Of a stretch of 64,000 bases of DNA, positions 52,515 through 64,000 are shown piece after piece. Under the pieces are notes generated by a model. The model saw only the letters and a program-made list of their open reading frames with translations, searched no databases and was not told where the DNA came from. Made by a program: the position numbers and the translations under genes. Within the stretch, counting starts at the first letter, position 1; each line of letters starts with the position of its first letter. This stretch comes from an uncultured Veillonellaceae bacterium (GTDB lineage: Bacteria; Bacillota; Negativicutes; JARBTT01). Location of the stretch: assembly GCA_963805085.1 (NCBI GenBank), contig CAWDTA010000005.1, positions 224,001 to 288,000 of the forward strand, in the 5' to 3' direction.

Positions 52515-53444
52515 TCAGACCTTTTTTGCTTCAATGAAGAGTACTTTGATAAATTTTTTGATGTTGATATGAGCTTGAGACATGCTTGGTTTTTCTTCAT
52601 TTTCTAAAAGTAGCATGACTTTCCTTACTTCAGCAAAATCAAAAAATTTGCCAGCATGGTCTTCAAATTTTGGATTGGCATAATCTATGATCCCAATAGA
52701 GGCAAGGTTAATCAAAGCTTGAAATACAGTTCTGCGGAGCCGTTGTTCAATAGCTTTACATTCTTTTTGGATTGTTAGTTGATCATGCTCAGAACCGAAC
52801 TTTTGTATGGCGATATTTTGAAATATATCTTTTAAGGAAGGAAAGTCATCACCATTATGATGACTTTTTTCATGTTGTTGTAAATAATTAAGAATGTTTA
52901 ACAAATCCTTTGAGCCTTTTTCTCCGGCAATACCAAGTTCGCTTAGGAGAACCTCACCCGTTGCGATTAGTTTATGCCTGACGATAATTTCCGGGGAAAT
53001 TATTTTGGTTGGTTGCTTTTGTTCAGGGCGCAAAGCTATATTTAAGCTGTTTTCAATATTACGCACGAGTTTGCGCAAATTCATATGTTCGGTAGCATTT
53101 TTAATCACGCTTACGACTTCATTGCGGTTGATTGGTTTAGTAATATAATGATCCACACCTAAATTGTAAGCTTTACCAACCATTTCTTTGTTTTCAACTT
53201 GTGATATCATAATGATTTTTCCGCGAAAATCATCTTTAATTGCTTTTACAGTTTGGATGCCATCGCGAATTGGCATCAACATATCTATTAATAAAATATC
53301 GACATTTTTTACTTCGAGCAATTGACCGCTGATACTAGCACCACTGTCGGCTTCGCCAACGACTTTACCTAAATCATAATCCTCGATAATTTCTGTAAGC
53401 ATAGAACGAATCACTTCATCATCATCAATTAAAAAGAAACGCAT
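52515..53444 (-). CDS. Response regulator, GlnL/YcbB family
   Basis: Receiver FLIDDD..IDMLMP..MISQVENKEMVGKAY..ITKPIN; YcbB-type output LGIAGEKGSKDL, EQRLRR, LASIG..DYANPKFE. Confidence 0.88.
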   Translation of the reverse strand: MRFFLIDDDEVIRSMLTEIIEDYDLGKVVGEADSGASISGQLLEVKNVDILLIDMLMPIRDGIQTVKAIKDDFRGKIIMISQVENKEMVGKAYNLGVDHYITKPINRNEVVSVIKNATEHMNLRKLVRNIENSLNIALRPEQKQPTKIISPEIIVRHKLIATGEVLLSELGIAGEKGSKDLLNILNYLQQHEKSHHNGDDFPSLKDIFQNIAIQKFGSEHDQLTIQKECKAIEQRLRRTVFQALINLASIGIIDYANPKFEDHAGKFFDFAEVRKVMLLLENEEKPSMSQAHINIKKFIKVLFIEAKKV

Positions 53445-53450
53445 ATATTC

Positions 53451-54740
53451 TCACCCTTCCAAATTCTTCAATGGTAAGGTCAAATGAAAAATTGTCTTAT
53501 TTGACCTGTTATTATCTACCCAAATAGTACCCTCTAATTCTTCGGTCAAATGTTTTACATAAGGCAGACCAACACCAGTAGAAGGATTACCTTTGGCATC
53601 AAATTTAGTTGTATAACCAGGTTTAAAGAGTAAATCAACTTTGTTTGCGAGAATGCCAACCCCGTTGTCACAAACTTCTATTTCGATAAGACCATCATTT
53701 TGGGTGAAGGTGATGTCGATGTTGCCAATGCGTTTAATCGCTTCAACAGCATTCGCAACCAGGTTGTTGACGATTGACAGTATTGTATACACGTGTAAGT
53801 TCTGTAAAGCTGGATCGACAGTAATTGAGAAAGTGATTTCCTTGCCCAGAGAGCATGCGTACTTTCGGTTCGATTGTACAATAATATCACCGAGTTCAGT
53901 GGCAGGCATATAATCATTTAATTTTCTGTTATTGGTTAACTGACTAAGACCTGCATAAATACGTTGATTATCTTTTTTGATTTCGTGCACTTGCCCAGCA
54001 ATACAGAGGAGCTCTTGTGATAGTTTGTCCCTGTCAATTTCATAGGTTATCTTTTGGAGTTCTTCATAAAGTTGGTAGCAATTTCTTGTAACAGTTTCTG
54101 CATTTTTCTGCGATTTATTTAATTGAACAACTTCTTCATAGAGTCCAGAAATAAGCAAAATCATTCGTTTATTTTGTTTTCGTTCTTGAATTGTTGTTGT
54201 CTCTGCTTGATGCAATAGGACCAAGAAAAAGAAACTAAGGATAAAGAAACAACGAATAATAGCGATAATAATAATTTTCATTAAGACATTAAAGGTGATG
54301 TCCATTTCAGTACTGGAACAAATATTAGTTAGTGAAAGTTCGACGATGCTGGCGGCAAATTCAGCGAGGATAGACCACCCGGCAATTTGTAACGATTTGC
54401 TGCAAAGCGTATCGACTTTTGGTAGATGAAAACAAGTCGCATAGGTTAAGTAGTAGAAAAAGGTTGGCCCGCGGAGTAAAATGCTAGAGCTAAAGGATAG
54501 ATCGTTTGTTAGTAAGTCTAAACCGATACGAAATAACATTACAGATAGTCCAACGCAAAAACCAGAAAATACAAATGAAGTATTGCGGATCCAAAGTAAG
54601 AACAATAAGAAAATCGGGGAGCCAAAACTAACACGAAAAGAGCTGAGGTCGCCACTAAACGGATGAATTTTTGGTTCACCAGCAAGGGGAACTAAAATTA
54701 GCATCAGGAGAAAGATATAGAGATTCTGATGTTGTTTCAT
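53451..54740 (-). CDS. Sensor histidine kinase, GlnK/YcbA family
   Basis: VPLAGE..FRVSFG, GQVHEIKKDNQRIYAGL, NNLVANAVEA, FKPGYTTKFD..STGVGL. Confidence 0.88.
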   Translation of the reverse strand: MKQHQNLYIFLLMLILVPLAGEPKIHPFSGDLSSFRVSFGSPIFLLFLLWIRNTSFVFSGFCVGLSVMLFRIGLDLLTNDLSFSSSILLRGPTFFYYLTYATCFHLPKVDTLCSKSLQIAGWSILAEFAASIVELSLTNICSSTEMDITFNVLMKIIIIAIIRCFFILSFFFLVLLHQAETTTIQERKQNKRMILLISGLYEEVVQLNKSQKNAETVTRNCYQLYEELQKITYEIDRDKLSQELLCIAGQVHEIKKDNQRIYAGLSQLTNNRKLNDYMPATELGDIIVQSNRKYACSLGKEITFSITVDPALQNLHVYTILSIVNNLVANAVEAIKRIGNIDITFTQNDGLIEIEVCDNGVGILANKVDLLFKPGYTTKFDAKGNPSTGVGLPYVKHLTEELEGTIWVDNNRSNKTIFHLTLPLKNLEG

Positions 54741-54927
54741 AGAGATCCTTCCTATAGAAAAGTATTTCACAGTGTATTTGTATAATGTATACAATGATTA
54801 ATTTAAATTATACCATGTATTTTGAATATTGCCAAAACTATTTTTATCTATGTATAAATACTTGCTATACAATACAAAAAAGTAATACTAAAATAAAAAA
54901 TAAAAATAGTCAGAAAATTATTAATTA

Positions 54928-54946
54928 GGATTTTGTCGGATTTTGT
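54928..54946 (+). promoter_or_regulatory. Direct repeat, probable response-regulator binding site
   Basis: GGATTTTGT-C-GGATTTTGT with 10-bp period, ~70 bp upstream of the transporter start. Confidence 0.6.
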
Positions 54947-55016
54947 AGTTGGATTAGTACACTTAATTTGTAATCACGCAGAATTTATTTTAAGTATTTT
55001 TTAGGAGGAAAACACC

Positions 55017-56420
55017 GTGAATAGCAAATTAGGAAAAGGCTTATTATGTGTATTAGTCGGAATTATTATTTGGTTTTGTCCAATCCCTGCAGGTGTTAAA
55101 CCTGTGGCATGGCATTTACTTGCAGTATTTGCAACAACAATTGTAGCATTTATTTTGCAACCATTATCTATTGGCGCGGTAGCGTTGATTGCCTGTACCA
55201 TGCTTGTGTTTTTAGGCGTATTAAAACCAGAAGAAGCATTGGCTGGTTTTAGCAACGGAACAATTTGGTTGATCGTTTCGGCATTTATGTTTGCTGAAGG
55301 GTTCATTAAAACTGGATTAGGAAAACGAATTGCTTATGTTTTACTAAGCAAATTTGGTGGCAGTACGTTAAGTGTTGCGTATGTACTTTCAGCGACTGAC
55401 TTTATCGTTGCTCCGTTTACCCCATCAAATACAGCACGTGGTGGTGGGATTGTTTATCCGATCGTTAGAAGTATTTGTTCGGCAATTGGTTCAGAACCAG
55501 GATCATCAAGAGAACGTACGGGGGCATTTTTAATTTTCAGTTCTTATTGTGCGGTTATTACATCTGCTTGCATTTTCTTAACTGGTGCTTCCAATAACGC
55601 GGTTGTTGTTACATTAACAAAAGATATGTTTGGTGTTGAACTTAGTTGGATGTCTTGGTTTATGGCCTGTATCGTACCGGGGATTATTCTTTCTATCGGT
55701 ACACCTTGGTTGCTTTATAAATTAATTAATCCTGAATTAAAAGAAACTCCAGAAACAAAAGAAATGGCGAATAGAGAATTGGCTGCTATGGGCTCAATGA
55801 GCTGTGCAGAAAAAATATTAAGTGTTATTTTTACCGGTGCTCTCATTATGTGGGCTACAGGGAATATTCATCATATTGATTCAGCATTTGTCGCTTTACT
55901 TGGACTTTCGGCAATGCTTATTACTAGAATCCTTGATTGGGAAGATGTTCTAAACCAAAAAGGTGCTTGGGATGTATTGGTATGGATGGGCGTTTTAGTA
56001 AATATGGCAGCTCTTTTATCAAAATTTGAATTGATGAGTTGGTTTGCTAACCTTATTGGTGCTCAGATGGCTGGTACGTCATGGATTGTAATGTTAATTG
56101 TATTATCGGTAGTATATACGTATGTACATTATGGATTAGCTAGTAACACAGCACACGTTATGGCTTTATTTGCAGCATTTGCTTCTATCTTAGTTGCAGC
56201 TGGAGCGCCTCCGCTAGGTGTAGCTATTGTGTACGGTGCACTTGCAAATAGCTGTTCGTTGTTAACACATTATGGTTGTGGTGTAACCCCAATTTTCTTT
56301 GGGGCAAACTATATGGCACAAGGCGAATGGTGGAAAATAGGTTTTATTATGACAACGGTTCATGTTATTGTATGGATGGTAATCGGTCTTCCTTGGATGA
56401 GCGTTCTTGGTTTCTTCTAA
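55017..56420 (+). CDS. DASS family dicarboxylate/anion transporter (CitT/TtdT-like)
   Basis: KTGLGKRIAY, PSNTARGGGI, ASNTAH, LTHYG..PIFFG, WWKIG. Confidence 0.92.
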   Translation: MNSKLGKGLLCVLVGIIIWFCPIPAGVKPVAWHLLAVFATTIVAFILQPLSIGAVALIACTMLVFLGVLKPEEALAGFSNGTIWLIVSAFMFAEGFIKTGLGKRIAYVLLSKFGGSTLSVAYVLSATDFIVAPFTPSNTARGGGIVYPIVRSICSAIGSEPGSSRERTGAFLIFSSYCAVITSACIFLTGASNNAVVVTLTKDMFGVELSWMSWFMACIVPGIILSIGTPWLLYKLINPELKETPETKEMANRELAAMGSMSCAEKILSVIFTGALIMWATGNIHHIDSAFVALLGLSAMLITRILDWEDVLNQKGAWDVLVWMGVLVNMAALLSKFELMSWFANLIGAQMAGTSWIVMLIVLSVVYTYVHYGLASNTAHVMALFAAFASILVAAGAPPLGVAIVYGALANSCSLLTHYGCGVTPIFFGANYMAQGEWWKIGFIMTTVHVIVWMVIGLPWMSVLGFF

Positions 56421-56566
56421 GTAGTTTATTTGAGTGTAGTAAATTTTTAGTTTATTTGCTATAATAGTAAATTGCAAACTGGTAAAAAAGGTATTTAATA
56501 GAAATAGCTATGCTATTTTTATTTGAAATACAGGTATTACAATTAAATATTGGGAGGCGAATTATT

Positions 56567-57646
56567 TTGTTGAAAAGACAGCTAGTGGTTGGTTTTATGG
56601 TTCTTTGTATGTTGATGCTTGGTGTGCAATGCGTATTTGCCGCAGAGAAGTCAAATGATTTACCGAATATCAAAATATTAGCTACAGGTGGAACTATTGC
56701 TGGTAGTGCAAGCTCTAATACGCAAATGACTGGTTACAAAGCTGGTGCACTTGGTATCCAAACTTTGATTGATGCTGTACCGCAAATTAAAGACTATGCA
56801 AATGTTTCAGGTGAACAAGTTTGCAAACTTGACAGTAAAGATATGTCAAATGACGTTTGGTTAAAATTAGGTAAAAGAATCAACGAATTATTAGCAGATA
56901 ATAGTGTTGATGGTATCGTAATCACACACGGTACAGATACTTTAGAAGAAACTGCTTATTTCTTAAACTTAGTTGTAAAAAGCGATAAACCAGTTGTTCT
57001 TGTTGGTTCTATGCGCCCTGCAACAGCAATTAGTGCAGATGGTCCATTAAACTTATTAAATGCTGTTCGCGTAGCTAGTAGCAAAGATGCTATTGGTAAA
57101 GGTGTTTTAGTTGTAATGAACGACGAAATCAATGGTGCTCGTGACGTTACGAAAACTAACACCACAAATGTAGATACTTTCAAAACTCCTGAACTTGGTT
57201 TCTTAGGTTATGTAAACGATGGCAAACCTTGTTTCTATCGTGAAAGCACTCGTAAACACACTGCAAAAAGCGAATTTGATGTTAATGGCCTAAATATATT
57301 ACCTTATGTAAAAGTTATTTATGGACATGCTGATGATGACGGAGTATTCGTTGATGCTGCAGTTGCTGCAGGTGCAAAAGGTATCATCTATGCTGGTACA
57401 GGGAATGGTAGCATTCATAAAAATGCTGAAGCAGCTTTAGCTGAAGCTACTAAAAAAGGCGTTGTAGTTGTTCGCAGCTCACGTGTTGGTAATGGCACAG
57501 TAATTGATGCTGAACAATCTTACATCGATGAACATTTCTTAAATGGTGATTCTTTAAATCCACAAAAAGCAAGAATCTTATTATCTCTTGCATTAACTAA
57601 AACAAATGATTTAAGTGAAATTCAAAGAATGTTCAACGAATATTAA
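56567..57646 (+). CDS. ansB: L-asparaginase type II (secreted/periplasmic)
   Basis: Signal peptide; ATGGTIAG, HGTDTLEE, GSMRP..SADGP, SLNPQKAR. Confidence 0.92.
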   Translation: MLKRQLVVGFMVLCMLMLGVQCVFAAEKSNDLPNIKILATGGTIAGSASSNTQMTGYKAGALGIQTLIDAVPQIKDYANVSGEQVCKLDSKDMSNDVWLKLGKRINELLADNSVDGIVITHGTDTLEETAYFLNLVVKSDKPVVLVGSMRPATAISADGPLNLLNAVRVASSKDAIGKGVLVVMNDEINGARDVTKTNTTNVDTFKTPELGFLGYVNDGKPCFYRESTRKHTAKSEFDVNGLNILPYVKVIYGHADDDGVFVDAAVAAGAKGIIYAGTGNGSIHKNAEAALAEATKKGVVVVRSSRVGNGTVIDAEQSYIDEHFLNGDSLNPQKARILLSLALTKTNDLSEIQRMFNEY

Positions 57647-57798
57647 GACATGCTAGTTGACAGTTGTTAGTAAGCCTTAACTAGCAACATAAATAATAGA
57701 AGACCAGACAGTTCTAAAGTCTAAGTAATTTACTTAGAAAACACCCTGAAAGTACACTTGCTTTTTAGAAGCAGGTGTATTTTTTACGTAATTGGATA

Positions 57799-57835
57799 AA
57801 ATTAAGCCAGGCGCATCAAAGGCCTGGCTTAATTT
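57799..57835. terminator. Bidirectional terminator
   Basis: AAATTAAGCCAGGC/GCCTGGCTTAATTT. Confidence 0.7.
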
Positions 57836-57858
57836 GTCGATTCTATTTTATTTTGTTG

Positions 57859-58131
57859 TTAAGGTTTGCCGTTTGAATCGTAAGCAGAAGTCATACTATT
57901 TTTCTTTTTTGCAGTACTTTTGCTGCTTGATTGGCTAGAGCTAGAATAATCTTGGTTGGTATCTTCTAGTGCTGTCATTGTTCCATATTCACTCATACTT
58001 GATTGGGTTGAATCCATAGCACTATTTGTTGTACTTTGCTTACTAGAGTAATCTTGATTAGTATCTGATAGTGCTGTTAACGTACCAAATTTTGATTTGC
58101 TTTCAGAGTTTTTATTGTTGCTTGTCTTCAT
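57859..58131 (-). CDS. Small Ser/Thr/Asn-rich protein with two internal repeats (gamma-SASP-like)
   Basis: GGGAGG RBS; repeats SKFGTLTALSDTNQDYSS and SEYGTMTALEDTNQDYSS; candidate sigma-G promoter upstream. Confidence 0.75.
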   Translation of the reverse strand: MKTSNNKNSESKSKFGTLTALSDTNQDYSSKQSTTNSAMDSTQSSMSEYGTMTALEDTNQDYSSSSQSSSKSTAKKKNSMTSAYDSNGKP

Positions 58132-58324
58132 AAAAATGCCTCCCTTAAATTTTATTTTTGGGAACGTTAATAGTATCTGATTTTTTTCGACAACAATACT
58201 GAACGTTTTCTGGTAAAGTCAATGCTAAAAAATCCATAAATGGGAAAAAATCTCAAAAATAAATGATTTTCGACTGGCAAATATCAAGTTTCCATTCAAA
58301 AAGAATAAGGATTACAAAAAAGTG

Positions 58325-58353
58325 TTGACAAAGTTTTAAAATATTGCAATAAT
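58325..58353 (+). promoter_or_regulatory. Sigma-A promoter of T-box leader
   Basis: TTGACA-17 bp-AATAAT. Confidence 0.6.
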
Positions 58354-58419
58354 GTATACAAATTTACAACATTACATATTGTAATACGAAGCGATATGTA
58401 GTAAAATATTAAGAGTAAG

Positions 58420-58661
58420 AGTTATGACTAGGTAAAGAGTATTACATGACCACTTCAGAGAGCCGATGGTTGCTGCGAATCGGCGTGGAGCTAATGCTTG
58501 ACTTCGCCTAAGAGCTTTCGTGTCGATGTGCATTGCAAGTAGGCAGGAACGTTGCTCAGCGTTAATGAGAAGTCTATTTTAGGCATTTTGAGTATAATGT
58601 AGGGTGGTACCGCGGTAAGTAATCCGCCCCTACTGGCTAATGGTCAGTAGGGGCGGTTTTT
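58420..58661 (+). promoter_or_regulatory. T-box riboswitch (probably Leu-responsive)
   Basis: Stem I with AGAGA and GCTGCGAA motifs, T-box AGGGTGGTACCGCGG at 58601-58615, terminator CCGCCCCTACTG/CAGTAGGGGCGG plus Ts. Confidence 0.93.
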
Positions 58662-58694
58662 ATTTATGCATATTCGTATGGAGGAGATAGGCAA

Positions 58695-60216
<1,522 letters not shown>

Positions 60217-60362
60217 TTAAGAGTATTGTGGCAGTAAAATGTTATGAAGTAGTTACCCTTTGTTTTAGCAAGAACAGGAGAAAGTCGCGCGATGAAGTAT
60301 CGTTTTTGTTGAAAGAAAAGTAAATAAGTCGGCGACGGTTTTTATAACATAGGAAAGAAGGT

Positions 60363-60393
60363 GGGGGATGTTGCTGAGCAGCATCCCCATTTT
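60363..60393 (+). terminator. Terminator-like hairpin between ilvC and leuA
   Basis: GGGGATGTTGC/GCAGCATCCCC followed by ATTTTCT. Confidence 0.6.
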
Positions 60394-60507
60394 CTAATAA
60401 AAGACCATTCAAATTTGGAAAGAAGATAGTTGCAGTGCTACAAAGATTATGATAATAGTGGATAACGAGCTTTTTGATAGTCAGCGGAAAAGGAAAGGCG
60501 GAGGCAT

Positions 60508-62043
60508 ATGGAAAACGGCCCAATTAAAATTTTTGATACAACTTTACGGGATGGAGAGCAGACACTAGGTGTTTGTTTAGATACGAAAGAAAAAGTTGAA
60601 ATTGCCCAGGCGTTAGTAAAAATGAATGTGGATGTCATTGAAGCTGGTTTTCCTGTTGCTTCACCTGCTGATTTTAAAGCTGTGAGTGCTATTGCGAGTC
60701 ATGTAAAAGGTGTGACAGTCGCAGCACTTACAAGAGCAAATCAAAAAGATATTGATTTGGCAAGGCAAGCACTGGAATATGCCGAATATCCTCGCTTACA
60801 TACATTTATGGCAACCAGTGATATCCAGTTGGAGCACAAGCTAAAAATGACACGGGCGCAGGTATTGGCACATTCACAAGAAGCCGTCCGTTATGCAAAA
60901 CAGTTTTTTTCTGATGTTCAATTTTCAGCAGAGGATGCGGTACGATCTGATTGGGACTTTTTGTGCCAAGTATATAGCTCGGCTATTGCAGCTGGGGCAA
61001 CAACGATTAATATTTGTGATACCGTTGGTTATGCAACACCAATGGAGTTTGGTGCGCTGGTAAACTATATCAAAGAACATGTTGTCAATATTGAAAAGGC
61101 AACGATTAGTGTACATTGTCATGATGATTTAAATATGGCAGTTGCCAATTCGCTCGCAGGAATCATAAGTGGTGCTAGGCAAGTAGAGTGCACGGTCAAT
61201 GGTCTGGGCGAACGGGCGGGAAATGCTAGTTTAGAATCCATTGTTATGGCACTAGAGACACGCAATGAGTATTATCAACATAGATCTCAAGTTGATCTCA
61301 AGCAAATCTATCGTACATCGAGACTTGTCAGTACGTTAAGCGGTATTGCAGTGCCAGTGAATAAGCCAATTGTCGGAGATAACGTGTTTAGCCATGGGGC
61401 AAGTATGCATCAAAATAGCGTAGTGAACTATGCGCCGACTTTTGAAATTATTAATCCTGCGAAACTCGGCATCAGTCGTAACTTGGTGGTACTCGGTAGG
61501 CAGTCAAGTCGTGAAGTGTTTGAAGAACGAGTTGCCCAATTGGGATATGAGCTTTTTAGCAATACGGTCAATCAATTATTTGTCCAGTTTAGAGAGCTAG
61601 CAAATCGGAAAAAATTTGTGTTTGATCGCGATATCGAAGCTCTCATCAATTCAAAGAAAAATGAAATTATCGAGCATTATCGATTGATTTGTCATAATGT
61701 TTTAAGTGGTAATCAAACCATCGCCACAGCTTCCGTTCAATTAATGGATAACAAAAATCAATTGCTTGAAGAAGCCAGTTGTGGTGATGGGCCAGTGGAT
61801 GCGGTGTTTAAGGCCATTAAAAAAGCCGTTGGTCGAGAAATTACCTTGAAAGACTATCAGCTCAAAGCTGTGACTTCAGGACAAGACGCGTTAGGGGAAG
61901 CGACGGTTTGGGTGGAGGAAAACAACCTTACCTATAGTGGTCGTGGGCTTAGTACAGATGTGATTGAAGCATCGGCCAAAGCCTATGTCAATGCGTTAAA
62001 TAAGATTATATCTGGTAATAGCGTAAATATAGACGCAAAGTAA
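60508..62043 (+). CDS. leuA: 2-isopropylmalate synthase family protein (atypical motifs)
   Basis: [36 protein letters not shown]-terminal regulatory domain GDGPVDA..GQDALG; upstream of leuCDB. Confidence 0.85.
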   Translation: MENGPIKIFDTTLRDGEQTLGVCLDTKEKVEIAQALVKMNVDVIEAGFPVASPADFKAVSAIASHVKGVTVAALTRANQKDIDLARQALEYAEYPRLHTFMATSDIQLEHKLKMTRAQVLAHSQEAVRYAKQFFSDVQFSAEDAVRSDWDFLCQVYSSAIAAGATTINICDTVGYATPMEFGALVNYIKEHVVNIEKATISVHCHDDLNMAVANSLAGIISGARQVECTVNGLGERAGNASLESIVMALETRNEYYQHRSQVDLKQIYRTSRLVSTLSGIAVPVNKPIVGDNVFSHGASMHQNSVVNYAPTFEIINPAKLGISRNLVVLGRQSSREVFEERVAQLGYELFSNTVNQLFVQFRELANRKKFVFDRDIEALINSKKNEIIEHYRLICHNVLSGNQTIATASVQLMDNKNQLLEEASCGDGPVDAVFKAIKKAVGREITLKDYQLKAVTSGQDALGEATVWVEENNLTYSGRGLSTDVIEASAKAYVNALNKIISGNSVNIDAK

Positions 62044-62059
62044 TAAGGAGGCTTTTTCT

Positions 62060-63319
62060 ATGGGAATGAATATGACGGAAAAAATCTTGGCAAAGCATGC
62101 GGGCTTAGCATCCGTAGTGCCAGGACAATTGATTAACTGCAAACTTGATATGGTGCTTGCAAATGATATTACAGCACCTCCAGCAATTAAAGAGTTTGAA
62201 AAAATCGGCAAGCCAGTATTTGATCATACAAAAATTGCTTTAGTACCTGATCATTTCACACCGAATAAAGATATCAAAACTGCGGCAATGACAAAAGCAG
62301 TACGTGATTTTGCTAAAGAAAATAATATCGTAAATTATTTTGAAGTAGGCCGTATGGGCATCGAACATGTTATTTTACCAGAAAAAGGTCTGGTAGCTCC
62401 TGGACTATTAACAATCGGTGCAGATTCACACACTTGTACGTATGGGGCGCTTGGTGGTTTTGCTACTGGGGTTGGTACAACTGACCTTGGTGTAGCACTT
62501 GCAACCGGTGAATGCTGGTTTAAAGTTCCTGAAACAATCAAAGTAACGCTGAATGGTGTATTGCCAAAAGGAATCAATGGGAAAGATGTTATCTTAACCT
62601 TAATTGGTATGATTGGTGTAGATGGCGCGAGATATCAAGCAATTGAGTTTGCTGGTCAAGGTCTTGCTTCCTTAACCATGACGGATCGCTTTACCATTGC
62701 GAATATGGCAATTGAAGCTGGCGGCAAAAATGGTATTTTCCCAGTGGATGAAAAAACCATGGAATATATTGAAGGACGCGTAACAAAAGAGTATGAAGTA
62801 GTAACTTCAGATGCAGATGCAAACTATGCAAGAGAGGTTGTTATCAATCTTTCCGAAATGAAACCAGTCGTGGCATTCCCACATTTACCTGGCAATGTAA
62901 AACGCGTTTGTGACATTGGTGAAATTAAAATTGATCAAGTTGTGATTGGTTCTTGTACTAATGGTCGCTTAGAAGATTTAAAACATGCAGCAGAAATTTT
63001 GGCAGGTCATCAAGTGCATAAAGATGTAAGATGTATCGTTGTTCCTGGTAGTCAACAAGTCTATCTTGAAGCAATGAACGCTGGTTATGTTGAAACCTTT
63101 ATCAATGCAGGCGCAGCAGTAAGTACGCCTACTTGTGGTCCATGTATGGGCGGGCATATGGGAATCTTAACAGCAGGAGAACGTTGTGTATCGACGACAA
63201 ATCGTAATTTCAGAGGTCGTATGGGGCATGTAGATAGCGAAGTATATTTGGCAGGCCCACATGTTGCAGCAGCAAGCGCAATCCTAGGCAAAATTGCAGT
63301 TCCAGAGGAGGTAAAATAA
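62060..63319 (+). CDS. leuC: 3-isopropylmalate dehydratase large subunit
   Basis: [33 protein letters not shown]. Confidence 0.95.
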   Translation: MGMNMTEKILAKHAGLASVVPGQLINCKLDMVLANDITAPPAIKEFEKIGKPVFDHTKIALVPDHFTPNKDIKTAAMTKAVRDFAKENNIVNYFEVGRMGIEHVILPEKGLVAPGLLTIGADSHTCTYGALGGFATGVGTTDLGVALATGECWFKVPETIKVTLNGVLPKGINGKDVILTLIGMIGVDGARYQAIEFAGQGLASLTMTDRFTIANMAIEAGGKNGIFPVDEKTMEYIEGRVTKEYEVVTSDADANYAREVVINLSEMKPVVAFPHLPGNVKRVCDIGEIKIDQVVIGSCTNGRLEDLKHAAEILAGHQVHKDVRCIVVPGSQQVYLEAMNAGYVETFINAGAAVSTPTCGPCMGGHMGILTAGERCVSTTNRNFRGRMGHVDSEVYLAGPHVAAASAILGKIAVPEEVK

Positions 63320-63321
63320 TT

Positions 63322-63810
63322 ATGACATTAGAAGGAAAAGTTTGGCGTTATGGTGATAATATTGATACAGATGTTATTATCCCAGCTCGTTATTTGAATT
63401 CATTTGATCCAAAAGAATTGGCATCACACTGTATGGTCGACATTGATGAAACCTTTGCTCAGAACGTGGTAGAAGGTGATATCATGGTGGGTGGCAAAAA
63501 CTTTGGTTGTGGTTCTTCGCGGGAACATGCCCCGATTGCGATCAAAGCAGCTGGTGTACCTGTGATTGTAGCTGCAAACTTTGCGCGTATTTTCTATCGC
63601 AATGGTATTAATATCGGCTTACCTTTGTTAGAAATTGGTGATGACGTAGAAAAAATCAAAGCTGGGCACAAACTTCGTATTGATGTCAGCGCAGGAACAG
63701 TTGAAAATTTAACGACTGGTGATGTATTTAAAGCACAACCATTGCCTGGTTTTATTCAAGATATTGCTAAAGCTGGTGGTTTAGTGAACTATGTGAAGGA
63801 GACCAAATAA
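63322..63810 (+). CDS. leuD: 3-isopropylmalate dehydratase small subunit
   Basis: NIDTDVIIPARYL, NFGCGSSREHA, FARIFYRN. Confidence 0.96.
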   Translation: MTLEGKVWRYGDNIDTDVIIPARYLNSFDPKELASHCMVDIDETFAQNVVEGDIMVGGKNFGCGSSREHAPIAIKAAGVPVIVAANFARIFYRNGINIGLPLLEIGDDVEKIKAGHKLRIDVSAGTVENLTTGDVFKAQPLPGFIQDIAKAGGLVNYVKETK

Positions 63811-63811
63811 T

Positions 63812-64000
63812 ATGGCTAAAAAAATTGTTGTCATCCCTGGCGATGGCATTGGTGAAGAAATCACAAGTGCGGCAGTGGTTGTCCTTGAAAAAGTTGCAGA
63901 GAAGCATAATTTAGCGCTTACCTTTGAAAAGCATCATGCTGGTGGAACTGCATATGATTTATATGGGACACCACTACCAGAAAGTACAATCAAAGCGGCG
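63812..64000 (+). CDS. leuB: 3-isopropylmalate dehydrogenase (3' end outside window)
   Basis: MAKKIVVIPGDGIGEEI..AGG.AYD..GTPLP. Confidence 0.92.
   Translation, partial: MAKKIVVIPGDGIGEEITSAAVVVLEKVAEKHNLALTFEKHHAGGTAYDLYGTPLPESTIKAA

Overview
AT-rich chromosomal window from an anaerobic, probably endospore-forming diderm Firmicute (Negativicutes, Selenomonadales/Sporomusaceae-like; inferred from the 16S features, the RND pump, and the Ccm and Tat genes). It begins with the conserved coaX-dusB-(two uncharacterised genes)-greA-lysS block, then a full rRNA operon: 16S with an oversized helix 6, a tRNA-free structured spacer, 23S, two strongly divergent tandem 5S genes, and tRNA-His/Trp/Ser. 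Assorted metabolic and transport genes follow, then an accessory patch at about 34.2-40.4 kb (decayed two-component system, IS3 remnant, MerR/MFS unit), a frameshifted PFOR, a decaying respiratory module (Tat-lipoprotein flavin reductase, pentaheme cytochrome c, tatA, ccmABCEF), a GlnK/GlnL-type two-component system divergent from a DASS transporter plus asparaginase, a small repeat protein resembling gamma-type SASP, and a T-box-led ilvN-ilvC followed by leuA-C-D-B. Most noteworthy are the acyl-ACP-reductase-like gene pair with no ADO, the gamma-SASP-like protein, an unexplained ~186-nt structured element upstream of the rRNA promoters, the divergent 5S pair, and a LeuA with altered active-site motifs. 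All calls come from reading motifs by eye; no database searches were run.
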